Source: Macrostomum lignano (taxonomy: Eukaryota). From it: a stretch of 64,000 nt of DNA. Numbering within the stretch: position 1 is the first letter of the stretch; every line of letters starts with the position of its first letter. The stretch is taken from NCBI GenBank assembly GCA_002269645.1, contig NIVC01000284.1, forward strand, positions 620,001 to 684,000, read 5' to 3'. Below, piece after piece: positions 38,201-51,570 of the stretch. Made by a program: the position numbers and the translations under genes. Below the pieces are notes generated by a model. It was given only the letters and a program-made list of their open reading frames with translations. It was not told where the DNA came from and did no database searches.

Positions 38201-41200
38201 CTTGTCAATGACAAGTCTACAAAATTCAAAATTCTATCTATGGTTCAAAGCCAAGGTTTATAGCCTTAGAAGAAGGATTGTAGGGTCTAGGTTGACCCAT
38301 AGACTGCGCAACTATAGGGTTGGGAACTACACGCCAACCGCCCGGCCAATTTTCAGGCACAAGCCCCAAATGAATAAATTAGTTTTAGAGTGCACTGAAT
38401 CCTGCAAATTTATGGACACAAAACGTTTTATAGACGATTTGTGCGAAGGAAAATCCCACTTTTATCCCAGCTAGCGCTGGACATTCCAGTCTTGGCGTTG
38501 CACCTGGAATTTGGGTTAAAATCCTGCCGCATTTCTTTATAAACGAAAGTATTTGCCGCAAGGATTTACAGTCAGGCCTTTTGCTTCCATCATTCTGGCA
38601 TTTCACGTGCCTTGGCTCACTGCCAGTGGATGGGGAGCGGCTTCTGCGCCCACAACCGCCGCCCCACTCCTAACCAAGGATGCCTCCTGTGAACTAGTGC
38701 ATAGTATCCAGGCCACGCGGCAGTTTCCAAGCTAGTAGATTTCGACAAGTTAAGCTGAACAGTGAAGCGAAGACGAGGTTTTCGGCTCTAAGAAGAAATG
38801 TCAAAACTGGACCATGCGCCTCACCCTGCTGAAGAATGCATGGAGACAGGGAGAGAAATATCGTAATTATAAGTCTACTAAAGTGCAGCTCCGATATTGA
38901 TTATGATTATATATTGACGGGCACGGAGTCTGGCCTATCTATCATCAATGCATCGATTGATTGATTAATTGTTTCTGCATGCAAGCTGCGGAAAAGAGTG
39001 ACAAGTCAACGCTGAACAAACAAGAAAAAAATTCCCTTGTTGAAATTCTGTTCCTGTTGCATAAGCAGCAAGTTATAACAGATTTTTTGAACTAATGAAT
39101 TTTTAGGCTAGTAGATTTTGCTAAGTTCATTAGCGTTTTATGACTAATATTTTCTGAAACTGTCCCTCTTCTCTGCATTCTCTTCTCCCCCTCAAAATCT
39201 CCTCCATTTCTGGCATTTCACTGAGCCCTCTACCCCTCTGCCCTCTCTCTATCATCTGACCTTCTCCCCTCTGCCTTCCCTCTCCCCTCTGCCTCCCTCT
39301 ACCCTCTGCCTCCCTCTCCCCTCTGCCACCCTCTCCCCTCTGCCTCCGTCTCTCCTCTTCCCTCCCTCTCCCCTCTTCCCTCCCTCTCCCCTCTTCCCTC
39401 CCTCTCCCCTCTGCCTTCCCTATCCCCCTCTGCCCTCCCTCTCCCCCTCTGCCCTCCCTCTCCCCTCTGCCCTCCCTCTCCCCCTCTGCCTTCCCTCTCC
39501 CCTCTGCCCTCCCTCTCCCCCTCTGCCTTCCCTATCCCCCTCTGCCCTCCCTCTCCCCTCTGCCCTCCCTCTCCCCTCTGCCCTCCCTCTCCCCCTCTGC
39601 CTTCCCTCTCCCCTCTGCCCTCCCTCTCCCCCTCTGCCTTCCCTCTCCCCTCTGCCCTCCCTCTCCCCCTCTGCCTTCCCTCTCCCCTCTGCCCTCCCTC
39701 TCCCCTCTGCCCTCCCTCTCCCCTCTGCCCTCCCTCTCCCCCTCTGCCTTCCCTCTCCCCTCTGCCCTCCCTCTCCCCTCGTCCCTCCTCCTCTCTGCCC
39801 TCCCTCTGCCCCTCTGCTCGGCCTCTTTCCCTCTACTTTCCCGCTGCGTATCTCTCGCATCTGCAGTCTCGTATTCTGCAAGGTTACAGTTATTTGGCTA
39901 ACTTTTTAGCCATGAAAACTTCCAGATTTTAGAATAATTTCAACTTTCTGGCCAAATCTTTCTGGTCTGCATTAACGTTAAAATTTCTGGTTAATCTGTA
40001 AGCTTCGACGCAGTGCCTTCTTAATTGCCTGAACTGATTAAAAAAGTTTTGCTACATTTTTATAAGAAAAGCTTTTATTCAATTAATTGGTCTCTTAATG
40101 ATGTTAAAAGTTGAAAAAATCGCAGAAAATCTGGATCTGCAACAGCTAAACTTATTTCAACTATAGTTAAACTGATGAGGTGAATCAACAGAGAGAGAGG
40201 CAATAACCTTTCACTCGGGCATTTGGGTCTCGCAAAAGCTGCCACCTTCATAAATACTGAATAGAGTGGATGAGGCAATCTCGCCCCATACACTCTGGCC
40301 TGACAGTGAAAGTAGAATGTGTGCGAGAGCGAGAAAAAGTCAATCAAGGACACAGCCCAGCTGACTACGCTAAACTATGCGCAGATAAATGATGCCTTTA
40401 GCTTGCTGGTCTAGCTGACTGTTCTGAAATATAATTATGAGGAAATTGATCCAGGAAAAGAGTGTGGAGTGAAGCCGAAGATGATGGAGCTTGTGAAAAT
40501 CGCAAATTCACTTAGGATTATACTTTAACTTGAAGCTGTTCGTGGAATGCCGTAAGGAGCGCTTCTAGGCTAATGTAAATTTTTCTGTCTCAGTGAATTC
40601 CTTCTATTGCATACTAATTACCCTAAGAATCACGTTCTTGATTTATATAACAGCTGCATAACAGACAGGTGACGTTATAGAACAGAGTACGTTGGAGATT
40701 GGGAGATAGGACTGACTGACTGACTGACTGACTGACTGACTGACTGACTGACTGACTGACTGACTGACTGACTGACTGACTGACTGACTGACTGACTGAC
40801 TGACTGACTGACTGACTGACTGACTGACTGACTGACTGACTGACTGACTGACTGACTGACTGACTGACTGACTGACTGACTGACTGACTGACTGACTGAC
40901 TGACTAAGAAGTCTCTCAGCTTGTTATTCTAAACATGTTTAGCAAATCGGCAGCACTAAAAGCACCAGCATATGTTGGGATACTACGAGTATAAACTGTT
41001 TAGTGCAAGTTTACGCTTATCATCCGTGACTCATCAATAGATTTGGACATCTGCCTGGCTAGTGCAGCTATCTCTGCTGCCGATCTCCAATGTTGAAGCC
41101 GCACAATATGCATTCTGCCAAAGGAGGGAGGGAAGCAATGCAGAAGCATTATTGTGTGGGTGTCTGGAAGTCCGTCTGTCTCGCCCAGCGACCTCCTGAT

Positions 41201-41595
41201 CCCTGTTCGCCAATGCTTGTGCAAGGCGGGGTTCTATTGGCTTCATTTCAGCGCTTGTTCCTCATCCGTTACTCCAGCTACTAACTATAGTGTATTGTCT
41301 ATTTCTTAGCAAGCAGTCAGCGTGTTCCATGTCAGTCTTGCTGCGTTGTCGCTTCTCTCTTTCTTGTTTTCTGTAACAGTTTTGTTCACTATTCTCTGAT
41401 AGTTCCTTGAGGGCATGTTTCTAAGCCGCCGAGCGCTAAAGCTGTAGATAATGCTACTAGCAGTAATGGTATTGATATATTAGTATTTGTAATTTTAGCA
41501 CAAATAATGTTTAGTATACCTGCAAAACTTAGTAGTAGTAGTAGTAGTATTAGTAGTAGTAGTAGTAGTAGTACTAGTAGTAGTAGTAGTAGTAT

Positions 41596-41655
<60 letters not shown>

Positions 41656-41656
41656 C

Positions 41657-41712
<56 letters not shown>

Positions 41713-41730
41713 CAGTAGTAGTAGTAGTAA

Positions 41731-41763
<33 letters not shown>

Positions 41764-42748
41764 GAGTGGCAGTAGTAGTAGTAGTAGTTTTGACAAAGGG
41801 CAGAGAGAATCGCTAATCATATACGGGGAATCGGGGATAGAGTCAGACAAGGCTACTGCCCTCAGAGGTCAGTATATTCATAATATGTACTACCGGCACA
41901 GACAGGCAGCAGCTGGCTGAAGCCCGCCTCCGTGACCTTCGCGCCAACAAGCCAGCCAGCACGTGTTTCTTATCTTATCTTCTATTTTTCTTATCGTCTA
42001 CATGTAGTTTTGCCGCATAGACAGGCAAGCAGGCCAAATGAAAAATGAAGGCCACGTGAGTCAGAGAAATGCATCGATTGGCTGCTTCAATTATATTTCT
42101 TTTTTCTGTCTGTCTGTCTTCTCTCTGCGCTAAATTGCCAAAATGTGTTAGCGCGGACCATGGAGTTCATAGAGGAAAAATCCGGAGCAATTCCAGATTC
42201 TCTTTTTAGTATAACATGGACGGTGCTGGCATTTCAGGGACGGCTGCCTCCTTACGTCTAGCTTTTAGATTCTTTAGCTAGTTAAATAGTTTCAAAGGCA
42301 ATGGTGCTCATTAGAACTGCGTAAAGACTCAAGTTGTTTGATCATAAAGCTAAGCCAGTTTTATTGATCCATTTCATTTCCCTATCAAGTAAATCTTACG
42401 TTACCTTTGACCTCATCGAACAAGGCGTTCTTTGCCATCACTTTGTTGTTTATACTGCAATTAGTCAGCTTCTTGGTGTCTCCCGCTAGCTGGATTTCAG
42501 AAAACTTACTAATGTTTTTCTAAGTAGAGTTGCTTGATTATCAGTTATACCCGCCAGTTCATCAGTTACACCATGAACTAAGAAAGTTTGTTTATATTTT
42601 GCTATGGATGAGGTTAAAATGCAGTATTGCTACTAGAAGTAGGATAAAATGTTTTTATTATATAAGCGCCTCTGACTGGTTTTGTCATGTCACATAGTGA
42701 TGTCAAAATTAAATTCTTAGTGGAACCAACAATTAGTTAGCTAGTTAC

Positions 42749-42847
<99 letters not shown>

Positions 42848-42876
42848 TTTAGTTAGTTAGTTAGTTGGTTAGTTAT

Positions 42877-42922
<46 letters not shown>

Positions 42923-43027
42923 GGTTGGTTAGTTAGTTACTTAGTTAGTTAGGTAGTTATTTAGTTAGTTGGTTAGTTAGTTAGTTAGTTGGTTAGTTAG
43001 TTAGTTAGTTGGTTAGTTAGTTAGTTG

Positions 43028-43064
<37 letters not shown>

Positions 43065-43162
43065 GTAGTTATTTAGTTAGTTGGTTAGTTAGTTAGTTAG
43101 TTAGTTAGTTGGTTAGTTAGTTAGTTAGTTAGTTGGTTAGTTAGTTAGTTGGTTAGTTAGTC

Positions 43163-43206
<44 letters not shown>

Positions 43207-45378
43207 GGTTAGTTAGTTAGTTAGTTAGTTAGTCAGTTAGTTAGATAGTTAGTTGGTTAGTTAGTTGGTTAGTTACTTTTTTAGCTAGGTAATTATTCTC
43301 GTAATTAACAGATTTTATTGAGTTGATATTGATAACAATCTTAGAGATAATTTAAAAGTACAAACACCCGCCTCCTCCCTGCTGAAACTCTCCCAGACGC
43401 TTCAACAGCCGAACCTCATCATCAGCCTCCGCCCGCCGCCGCCCAGCCGCCTCGGTTGCCGTTGATGGAGGCGGCCGAAGCCACGACACCGGCCGAGTAC
43501 CAGCGAGTGACGGTGCGCGAGAGCCTCGCCAGCCTCCGGGCTCGCAACGCCCTGCCGATGCCGCTGTCTGAGCGGCTGGCGCAGCTTGGGCAGCAGCAGC
43601 AGCGACTCCCCGGCTCAGCCCGCAGCGCCTCCAACCGACCGCTGCAGCCAGCCTCTCACGGCTCCGAGGCCGCTGTCGCCGAGCCCGACTCTCTGTACGA
43701 AGACATCTACGTCAACGATCTGCCAAGTGTGCCGGCTGCTGCCGCCGCTTCTGCGACTGCTGCCGACTCCTACTCTGATCTGTACTCTGAGTTCAACATC
43801 GACGGTGAGAGAGGAGAGGCGAGAGAGCGGGGACGCAAGTTGAATGGGTTGGGGAGACAGGGCAAGCTGGTTGGGGTGGGCGATATGAAATATACAGCTG
43901 TAGACTCTACACCCCTATATACGTACTAGACACCCCAGACACTAAAGACACCCCAGACACTAAAGACACCCCAGACACTAAAGACACCCCAGACACTAAA
44001 GACACCCCAGACACTAAAGACACCCCAGACACTAAAGACACCCCAGACACTAAAGACACTCCAATATACTAAAGACACCTCAAGATACTAAAGACACCCC
44101 AGACACTAAAGACACCCCAGACACTAAAGACACTCCAATATACTAAAGACACCCCAGACACTAAAGACACCCCAAGATACTAAAGACACCCCAGACACTA
44201 AAGACACCCCAGACACTAAAGACACCCCAGACACTAAAGACACCCCAAACACTAAAGACACCCCAGACACTAAAGACACCCAGACACTAAAGACACTCCA
44301 AGATACGAAAGACACCCCAGACACTAAAAAACCCCAGATACTACAGACACCCAGACACTAAAGACACCTCAAGATACTAAAGACACCCCAAGATACTAAA
44401 GACACCCCAAGATACGAAAGACACCCCAGACACTGAAGACACCCCAGACACTAAAGACACTCCAATATACTAAAGACACCTCAAGATACTAAAGACACCC
44501 CAGACACTAAAGACACCCCAGACACTAAAGACACCCCAGACACTAAAGACACCCCAGACACTAAAGACACCCCAAACACTAAAGACACCCCAGACACTAA
44601 AGACACCCAGACACTAAAGACACTCCAAGATACGAAAGACACCCCAGACACTAAAAAACCCCAGATACTACAGACACCCAGACACTAAAGACACCTCAAG
44701 ATACTAAAGACACCCCAAGATACTAAAGACACCCCAAGATACGAAAGACACCCCAGACACTGAAGACACCCCAGACACTAAAGACACTCCAATATACTAA
44801 AGACACCTCAAGATACTAAAGACACCCCAGACACTAAAGACACCCCAGACACTAAAGACACCCCAGACACTAAAGACACCCCAGACACTAAAGACACAAC
44901 AGACACTAAAGACACCCCAGACACTAAAGACACAACAGACACTAAAGACACCCCAGACACTAAAGACACAACAGACACTAAAGACACCCCAGACACTAAA
45001 GACACAACAGACACTAAAGACACTCCAATATACTAAAGACACCCCAGACACTAAAGTCACCCTAAGATACTAAAGACACCCCAAGATAAGAAAGACACCC
45101 CAGACACTAAAAAACCCCAGATACTACAGACACCCCAAGATACTAAAGACACCCCAATAGTAAAAAACCCCAGATACTACAGACACCCAAGATACGAAAG
45201 ACACCCCAGACACTGAAGACACCCCAAACCTCAGACACCTCAAATTAAAAGTCACTAAGATCCCCAAGTCCAAAGTCAGGGCTTCCTCCTGTCCTTGCCA
45301 GGCGTCTCCGAGTCCATCGCCAGCTCGCTTTCATCGCTTCACCGCCTGCCCGGCGCCCGACGGCCTCCTCCGCGGCCT

Positions 45379-45410
<32 letters not shown>

Positions 45411-47740
45411 TCCGCCGTCATCCAGCAGGGGAGGTCCGACCGCCGCGTCTTCGGCAGCAAACGACAGCAGCCGCCGGTTCAGCTACCACGGCGGCGGACG
45501 CGGCGGCACAAGTGCGAGGCAACCGCAATACGCCAATGCCTGCATGCTGAATGAGATTCATAGCTTTCGGCATATGGATAGCGATGGTAAGTTTGTCTCG
45601 GGATTGGGATAAATCATGAGGGAGTCTCAGGATTGGGATAAATCATGAGGGAGTCCCAGGATTGGGATAAATCATGAGGGAGTCTCAGGATTGGGATAAA
45701 TCATGAGGGAGTCTCAGGATTGGGATAAATCATGAGGGAGTCTCAGGATTGGGATAAATCATGAGGGAGTCTCAGGATTGGGATAAATCATGAGGGAGTC
45801 TCAGGATTGGGATAAATCATGGGGGAGTCTCAGGATTGGGATAAATCATGAGGGAGTCTCAGGATTGGGATAAATCATGAGGGAGTCTCAGGATTGGGAT
45901 AAATCATGAGGGAGTCTCAGGATTGGGATAAATCATGAGGGAGTCTCAGGATTGGGATAAATCATGAGGGAGTCTCAGGATTGGGATAAATCATGAGGGA
46001 GTCTCAGGATTGGGATAAATCATGGGGGAGTCTCAGGATTGGGATAAATCATGAGGGAGTCTCAGGATTGGGATAAATCATGAGGGAGTCTCAGGATTGG
46101 GATAAATCATGAGGGAGTCTCAGGATTGGGATAAATCATGAGGGAGTCTCAGGATTGGGATAAATCATGAGGGAGTCTCAGGATTGGGATAAATCATGAG
46201 GGAGTCTCAGGATTGGGATAAATCATGGGGAGTCTCAGGATTGGGATAAATCATGAGGGAGTCTCAGGATTGGGATAAATCATGAGGGAGTCTCAGGATT
46301 GGGATAAATCATGAGGGAGTCTCAGGATTGGGATAAATCATGAGGGAGTCTCAGGATTGGGATAAATCATGAGGGAGTCTCAGGATTGGGATAAATCATG
46401 AGGGAGTCTCAGGATTGGGATAAATCATGAGGGAGTCTCAGGATTGGGATAAATCATGAGGGAGTCTCAGGATTGGGATAAATCATGGGGGAGTCTCAGG
46501 ATTGGGATAAATCATGAGGGAGTCTCAGGATTGGGATAAATCATGAGGGAGTCTTAAGATTGGGATAAATCATGTGGCTTCATAGATCGGTAAAGTTTCC
46601 ACTGTGCTTATGTTGATATTCGACTGCTATTGTCTACTAGCAGTAGTCGTATGCAAACATGAAAACATCTGAAGCCGTACCCGCTATCTGTATTCATTCA
46701 AACGCTGGTAGATGGCAGCTGCAGTTCGTTTGCAGCGCAACTGACGGCGAATCTGCAGTTCGCCCGGACCTCTTCGCAATGCCGCTTTTAAATGCGACCG
46801 CATTCGACTGCGGCAGTATTCACTTTTTATTGACAAGCTGTCATCATTCAGATATATTCAATATTGAACCACACTTTTCTCTGTTGGTGATTCGAAATCA
46901 GTTGGCTGTGCTTCATTCAACTACTTGAATATATTAACTTACGCTGTCAATCGTTACGCACTTTTATTACGGTTGGTGGAGATATCACAATATTATTATT
47001 TATTGTCACAATTCAATCCCTTCTGTTATTGAACCAGGTGCTACCAAGTGAGTCAAGTGCTAATCGGGTGAGGGAGTGGGATGGGTGCTAATCGGGTGAG
47101 GGAGTGGGATGGGTGCTTATCGGGTGTGGGAGTAGGTGGGTGCTTATCGGGTGTGGGAGTGGGGTGGGTGCTTATCGGGTGTGGGAGTGGGGTGGGTGCT
47201 TATCGGGTGTGGGAGTGGGTGGGTGCTTATCGGGTGAAGGAGTGTGGTGGGTGCTTATCGGGTGTGGGAGTGGGGTGGGTGCTTATCGGGTGAGGGAGTG
47301 GGTGGGTGCTTATCGGGTGTGGGAGTGGGTGGATGCTTATCGGGTGAGGGAGTGAAGTTGGTGCTTATCGGGTGAGGGAGTGGGTGGGTGCTTATCGGGT
47401 GAGGGAGTGGGTGGGTGCTTATCGGGTGAGGGAGTGGGTGGGTGCTTATCGGGTGAGGGAGTGGGTGGGCGCATGCCACTGACGCCCTCCGACCCGCCCC
47501 GCAGTGGACCTGGCAACATCCTCGGCAGCGGAGCAGCTGCACCAGCAGCTCGGCCAGCCCGGCACCTCCTCAGCCCGCCAGTCGGTGCCGCACTCCCGCT
47601 CAGCCAATCATCTGCAGTTGACGCCGCGTCATGCCGTCATGACTCCGCTGATGGAGCGTTCGATCGAGGGCTCACTATTTGAGTCCGGTTTTGGTGGCAA
47701 TGGCGGCTCCTCAGACTACGAGCGGCTGTCAGTGCTGTAG
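29257..47740 (+). CDS. Single-pass membrane protein with long disordered Tyr/Pro-motif-rich cytoplasmic tail, 6 exons (29257-29576, 30754-31095, 32695-33488, 43397-43804, 45302-45586, 47505-47740), 794 aa
   Basis: All five junctions are GT..AG and phase-compatible (2,2,1,1,1). Donors are GTAAGT, GTTCGT, GTAAAT, GTGAGA and GTAAGT. Total 2385 nt with no internal stop. TM segment LPLFPSIILLCSLTSFSIMSGLCFCI is followed by basic KIR. Confidence 0.75.
29700..30560. repeat. 30-bp minisatellite (tgaggaattcccctggaccctttaattatc) in intron 1
   Basis: About 28 tandem copies with degenerate ends. Confidence 0.95.
31140..31572. repeat. 28-bp minisatellite family B (gggatttcgatttgggattttgacccac)
   Basis: About 15 copies; related to the array at 16880-17365. 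Confidence 0.9.
32085..32675. repeat. 22-23-bp minisatellite (ctcaccaactcaagaatcgccc) ending just before an acceptor
   Basis: About 26 tandem copies; the last degenerate unit runs into the acceptor at 32694. Confidence 0.95.
33600..34405. repeat. 16-bp purine-rich minisatellite (gtagagtgggagagag)
   Basis: Tandem copies read directly. Confidence 0.9.
35155..35850. repeat. Compound 19-bp and 32-bp minisatellite (ggacactaggaaacctatc; ggacactaggaaacccatagactaagcctatc)
   Basis: The short unit is an internal deletion of the long unit; a block of short units is followed by long units. Confidence 0.9.
36632..36930 (-). mobile_element. tRNA-derived SINE with CORE-like central domain, copy 1
   Basis: Minus strand begins GTAGCCCAGTGGTCAGAGCG..GGTTCGATTCTC (A and B boxes), continues GACACTTAACTCTGCATTGCTTCAGTTTACCCAGCTGTAAAATGGG, and ends in an (ATT)n tail. 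Two further copies occur in the window. Confidence 0.85.
39240..39830. repeat. Pyrimidine-rich 17-19-bp minisatellite (ccctctcccctctgccct)
   Basis: Direct reading of the sequence. Confidence 0.9.
40710..40905. repeat. (GACT)n microsatellite
   Basis: About 49 perfect units. Confidence 0.95.
41531..41788. repeat. (AGT)n microsatellite
   Basis: Direct reading; it produces the poly-Ser and poly-Leu ORFs in the track. Confidence 0.95.
42735..43275. repeat. (TTAG)n microsatellite with TTGG variants
   Basis: Direct reading of the sequence. Confidence 0.95.
43927..45240. repeat. 18-bp minisatellite (gacaccccagacactaaa) filling most of intron 4
   Basis: About 70 units; a variant block is duplicated as a higher-order unit of about 328 bp (about 44240-44480 vs 44567-44820). 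Confidence 0.95.
45600..46573. repeat. 29-bp minisatellite (gattgggataaatcatgagggagtctcag)
   Basis: About 33 near-identical copies starting about 14 nt after the donor at 45587. Confidence 0.95.
47060..47470. repeat. G-rich 27-29-bp minisatellite (gggtgcttatcgggtgagggagtgggt)
   Basis: About 15 copies ending about 35 nt before the acceptor at 47504. Confidence 0.9.
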
Positions 47741-48645
47741 CTGTGATTGCTGTAGCTGTGAATGCTGTAGCTGTCAGTGATGTAGCTGTGAGTGATGTAG
47801 CTGTGAGTGCTGTAGCTGTGAGTGCTGTAGCTGTGATTGCTGTAGCTGTGAATGCTTTAGCTGTCAGTGCTGTAGCTGTGAGTGCTGTAGCTGTGATTGC
47901 TGTAGCTGTGAATGCTTTAGCTGTCAGTGCTGTAGCTGTGAATGCTGTAGCTGTCAGTGCTGTAGCTGTGAGTGCTGTAGCTGTGATTGCTGTAGCTGTG
48001 AATGCTTTAGCTGTCAGTGCTGTAGCTCTGAGTGCTGTAGCTGTGATTGCTGTAGCTGTGAATGCTTTAGCTGTCAGTGCTTTAGCTGTGAGTGCTGTAG
48101 CTGTGAGTGCTGTAGCTGTGAGTGCTGTAGCTGTGAATGCTTTAGCTGTCAGTGCTGTAGCTGTGAATGCTGTAGCTGTCAGTGCTGTAGCTGTGAGTGC
48201 TGTAGCTGTGATTGCTGTAGCTGTGAATGCTTTAGCTGTCAGTGCTGTAGCTCTGAGTGCTGTAGCTGTGATTGCTGTAGCTGTGAATGCTTTAGCTGTC
48301 AGTGCTTTAGCTGTGAGTGCTGTAGCTGTGAGTGCTGTAGCTGTGAGTGCTGTAGCTGTGAATGCTTTAGCTGTCAGTGCTGTAGCTGTGAATGCTGTAG
48401 CTGTCAGTGCTGTAGCTGTGAGTGCTGTAGCTGTGATTGCTGTAGCTGTGAATGCTGTAGCTGTCAGTGCTGTAGCTGTGATTGCTGTAGCTGTGAATGC
48501 TTTAGCTGTCAGTGCTTTAGCTGTGAGTGCTGTAGCTGTGAGTGCTGTAGCTGTGAGTGCTGTAGCTGTGAGTGCTGTAGCTGTGAGTGCTGTAGCTGTG
48601 AGTGCTGTAGCTGTGAGTGCTGTAGCTGTGAGTGCTGTAGCTGTC
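47728..48645. repeat. 15-bp minisatellite (gtgctgtagctgtga) that begins in the last codons and stop codon of the 794-aa gene
   Basis: About 60 units; the first unit is CA GTG CTG TAG CTG T. Confidence 0.95.
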
Positions 48646-49081
48646 ACGAAGACTAACGCTTTGCTTTCAGTTCGTGCGCCAATACTGAGCTTGAGTTCTC
48701 GGAAAACATTAGGATTTAAAGTAAAAATCTTTAAGTGCAAATCATACTTCTAATATTTTGTACACATACTCTCGTATTGTTTATTTAATAATACTAAATA
48801 AATTTATTGTAAACTACGAGTATTTCATGTACTTTTTTTTCCATTCAGGTATTTTACATATATTAATTTGAGCACATCTAAAATTAAAATCAATTTTATT
48901 CAATAAAAATTTTCATGAGGCAATCAATTTAACTCCAATCTCAGTCAATTGGGTATTTCAAGTTTTATTATTCGTTTTCAACTCATAATTAAATCTTTAA
49001 ATTTGTTTTTGTTCAAAATTGATAACAGCTTGGAGCTTTGCAGCTTAATCCTTCTGCTGTAACAGTTTTGTTTATCTGGTC

Positions 49082-49670
<589 letters not shown>

Positions 49671-50379
49671 ATCTTTCTATCTGTCTGTTTGTTTGCCTTA
49701 GTGTGTCTGTGTGTCTCCATCTGTCCGTCTCTCCATGTGTCTGTCTGTCTACTCTTTCAGCTTTATTTGTACGAATTCTGTGCTTTAAATTTAACTTCAT
49801 TTCATTTTGAATCTGTTTTTTTTAATTTAAACTCCTGTGAAATCTTTTCTAACATGTAATTTTTGTTTTCAGAACTTTTCTGATCCATCAGTTAAACAAT
49901 GTTGAAAAGATTTCTCAATAGATACTGCCAGTCAGACTGCTTTTGTTAATTATAATTTACTTGAACTTCATTAATTTGCCTAAAGCAGCTTTTCAGATGA
50001 TCAGTGCTAGGCTTGCATGTACTTTAAAACGCAACTTGTGTACTTTACAAAGCCGATTCTGTAAATTTTCAATGTGCATTGTGTATGGATTTTTCTACTC
50101 GCTCATTTACATGTATACATTTAGCAAATCTCTGATACTGTCTGCTCTGCTTGTGTTTGTGTATCGTGTGTAAGTTTTTCGAGTTTGCATTGTGTTTGCG
50201 TTCTGTTCATAGACTATAGTTGCTGGAGAAATAATATAAGGTTCTCTTTATCAGTTTTTTTACATTCTGCTCTTATGGTTATTTATAGCTGCCATTTGCT
50301 AAACAATCATTTTTAACATTGGATTTCGGACCTTGTTGTACTTCTTCTTTTGGCGCTTAAAGACAATTCGTTGATTCAT

Positions 50380-51570
50380 TAGATCCTCAGTTGCTGGGCC
50401 AGCCTCTCAGATCCCCAGTTGCTGTGCCAGCCTCTCAGATCCTCAGTTGCTGGGCCAGCCTCTCAGATCCCCAGTTGCTGGGCCAGCCTCTCAGATCCTC
50501 AGTTGCTGGGCCAGCCTCTCAGATCCCCAGTTGCTGAGCCAGCCTCTCAGATCCCCAGTTGCTGAGCCAGCCTCCCAGATCCTCAGTTACTGGGCCAGCC
50601 TCTCAGATCCCCAGTTGCTGAGCCAGCCTCTCAGATCCCCAGTTGCTGGGCCAGCCTCTCAGATCCCCAGTTGCTGGGCCAGCCTCTCAGATCCCCAGTT
50701 GCTGGGCCAGCCTCTCAGATCCTCAGTTGCTGGGCCAGCCTGCCAGATCCTCCAGTGCTGAGCCAGCCCCTCAGATCCTCAAGTGCTGAGCCAGCCTCCC
50801 AGATCCTCAGTTGCTGGGCCAGCCTCTCAGATCCTCAAGTGCTGAGCCAGCCTCCCAGATCCTCAGTTGCTGGGCCAGCCTCTCAGATCCTCAGTTGCTG
50901 AGCCAGCCTCTCAGATCCTCAAGTGCTGAGCCAGCCTCCCAGATGCTCAGTTGCTGGGCCAGCCTCCCAAATGCTCAGTTGCTGGGCCAGCCTCTCAGAT
51001 CCTCAGTTGCTGGGCCAGCCTCTCAGATGCTCAGTTGCTGGGCCAGCCTCCCAAATGCTCAGTTGCTGGGCCAGCCTCTCAGATCCTCAGTTGCTGGGCC
51101 AGCCTCTCAGATCCTCAGTTGCTGGGCCAGCCTCTCAGATCCTCAGTTGCTGGGCCAGCCTCTCAGATCCTCAGTTGCTGGGCCAGCCTCTCAGATCCCC
51201 AGTTGCTGGGCCAGCCTCTCAGATCCCCAGTTGCTGGGCCAGCCTGCCAGATCCTCAAGTGCTGAGCCAGCCCCTCAGATCCTCAAGTGCTGAGCCAGCC
51301 TCCCAGATCCTCAGTTGCTGGGCCAGCCTCTCAGATCCTCAGTTGCTGGGCCAGCCTCTCAGATCCTCAGTTGCTGGGCCAGCCTCTCAGATCCTCAGTT
51401 GCTGGGCCAGCCTCTCAGATCCTCAGTTGCTGGGCCAGCCTCTCAGATCCTCAGTTGCTGGGCCAGCCTCTCAGATCCTTAGTTGCTGGGCCAGCCTCTC
51501 AGATGCTCAGTTGCTGGGCCAGCCTCCAAGATGCTCAGTTGCTGGTCCAGCCTCCCAGATCCTCAGTTCC
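50380..51570. repeat. 28-bp minisatellite family A (cagatcctcagttgctgggccagcctct), about 42 copies
   Basis: Same unit and same orientation as 16055-16425. Confidence 0.95.

Noticed and set aside
38094-41284. Short ORFs in the 10-kb intron as a possible nested gene
   Set aside because: No consistent chain of splice sites or recognisable domain.
41389-41920. Poly-Leu and poly-Ser ORFs
   Set aside because: (AGT)n microsatellite inside an intron; no compatible splice sites found.
42735-43275. (TTAG)n with TTGG variants as a possible interstitial telomeric repeat
   Set aside because: The unit is a tetramer, not TTAGGG or TTAGG; treated as an ordinary microsatellite.
47637-48753. 367-aa TATAL-repeat ORF (antifreeze-glycoprotein-like) and the 336-aa AVAVS ORF on the other strand
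   Set aside because: Both are read-throughs of a 15-bp minisatellite that lacks stops in those frames; there is no signal peptide or splice support.
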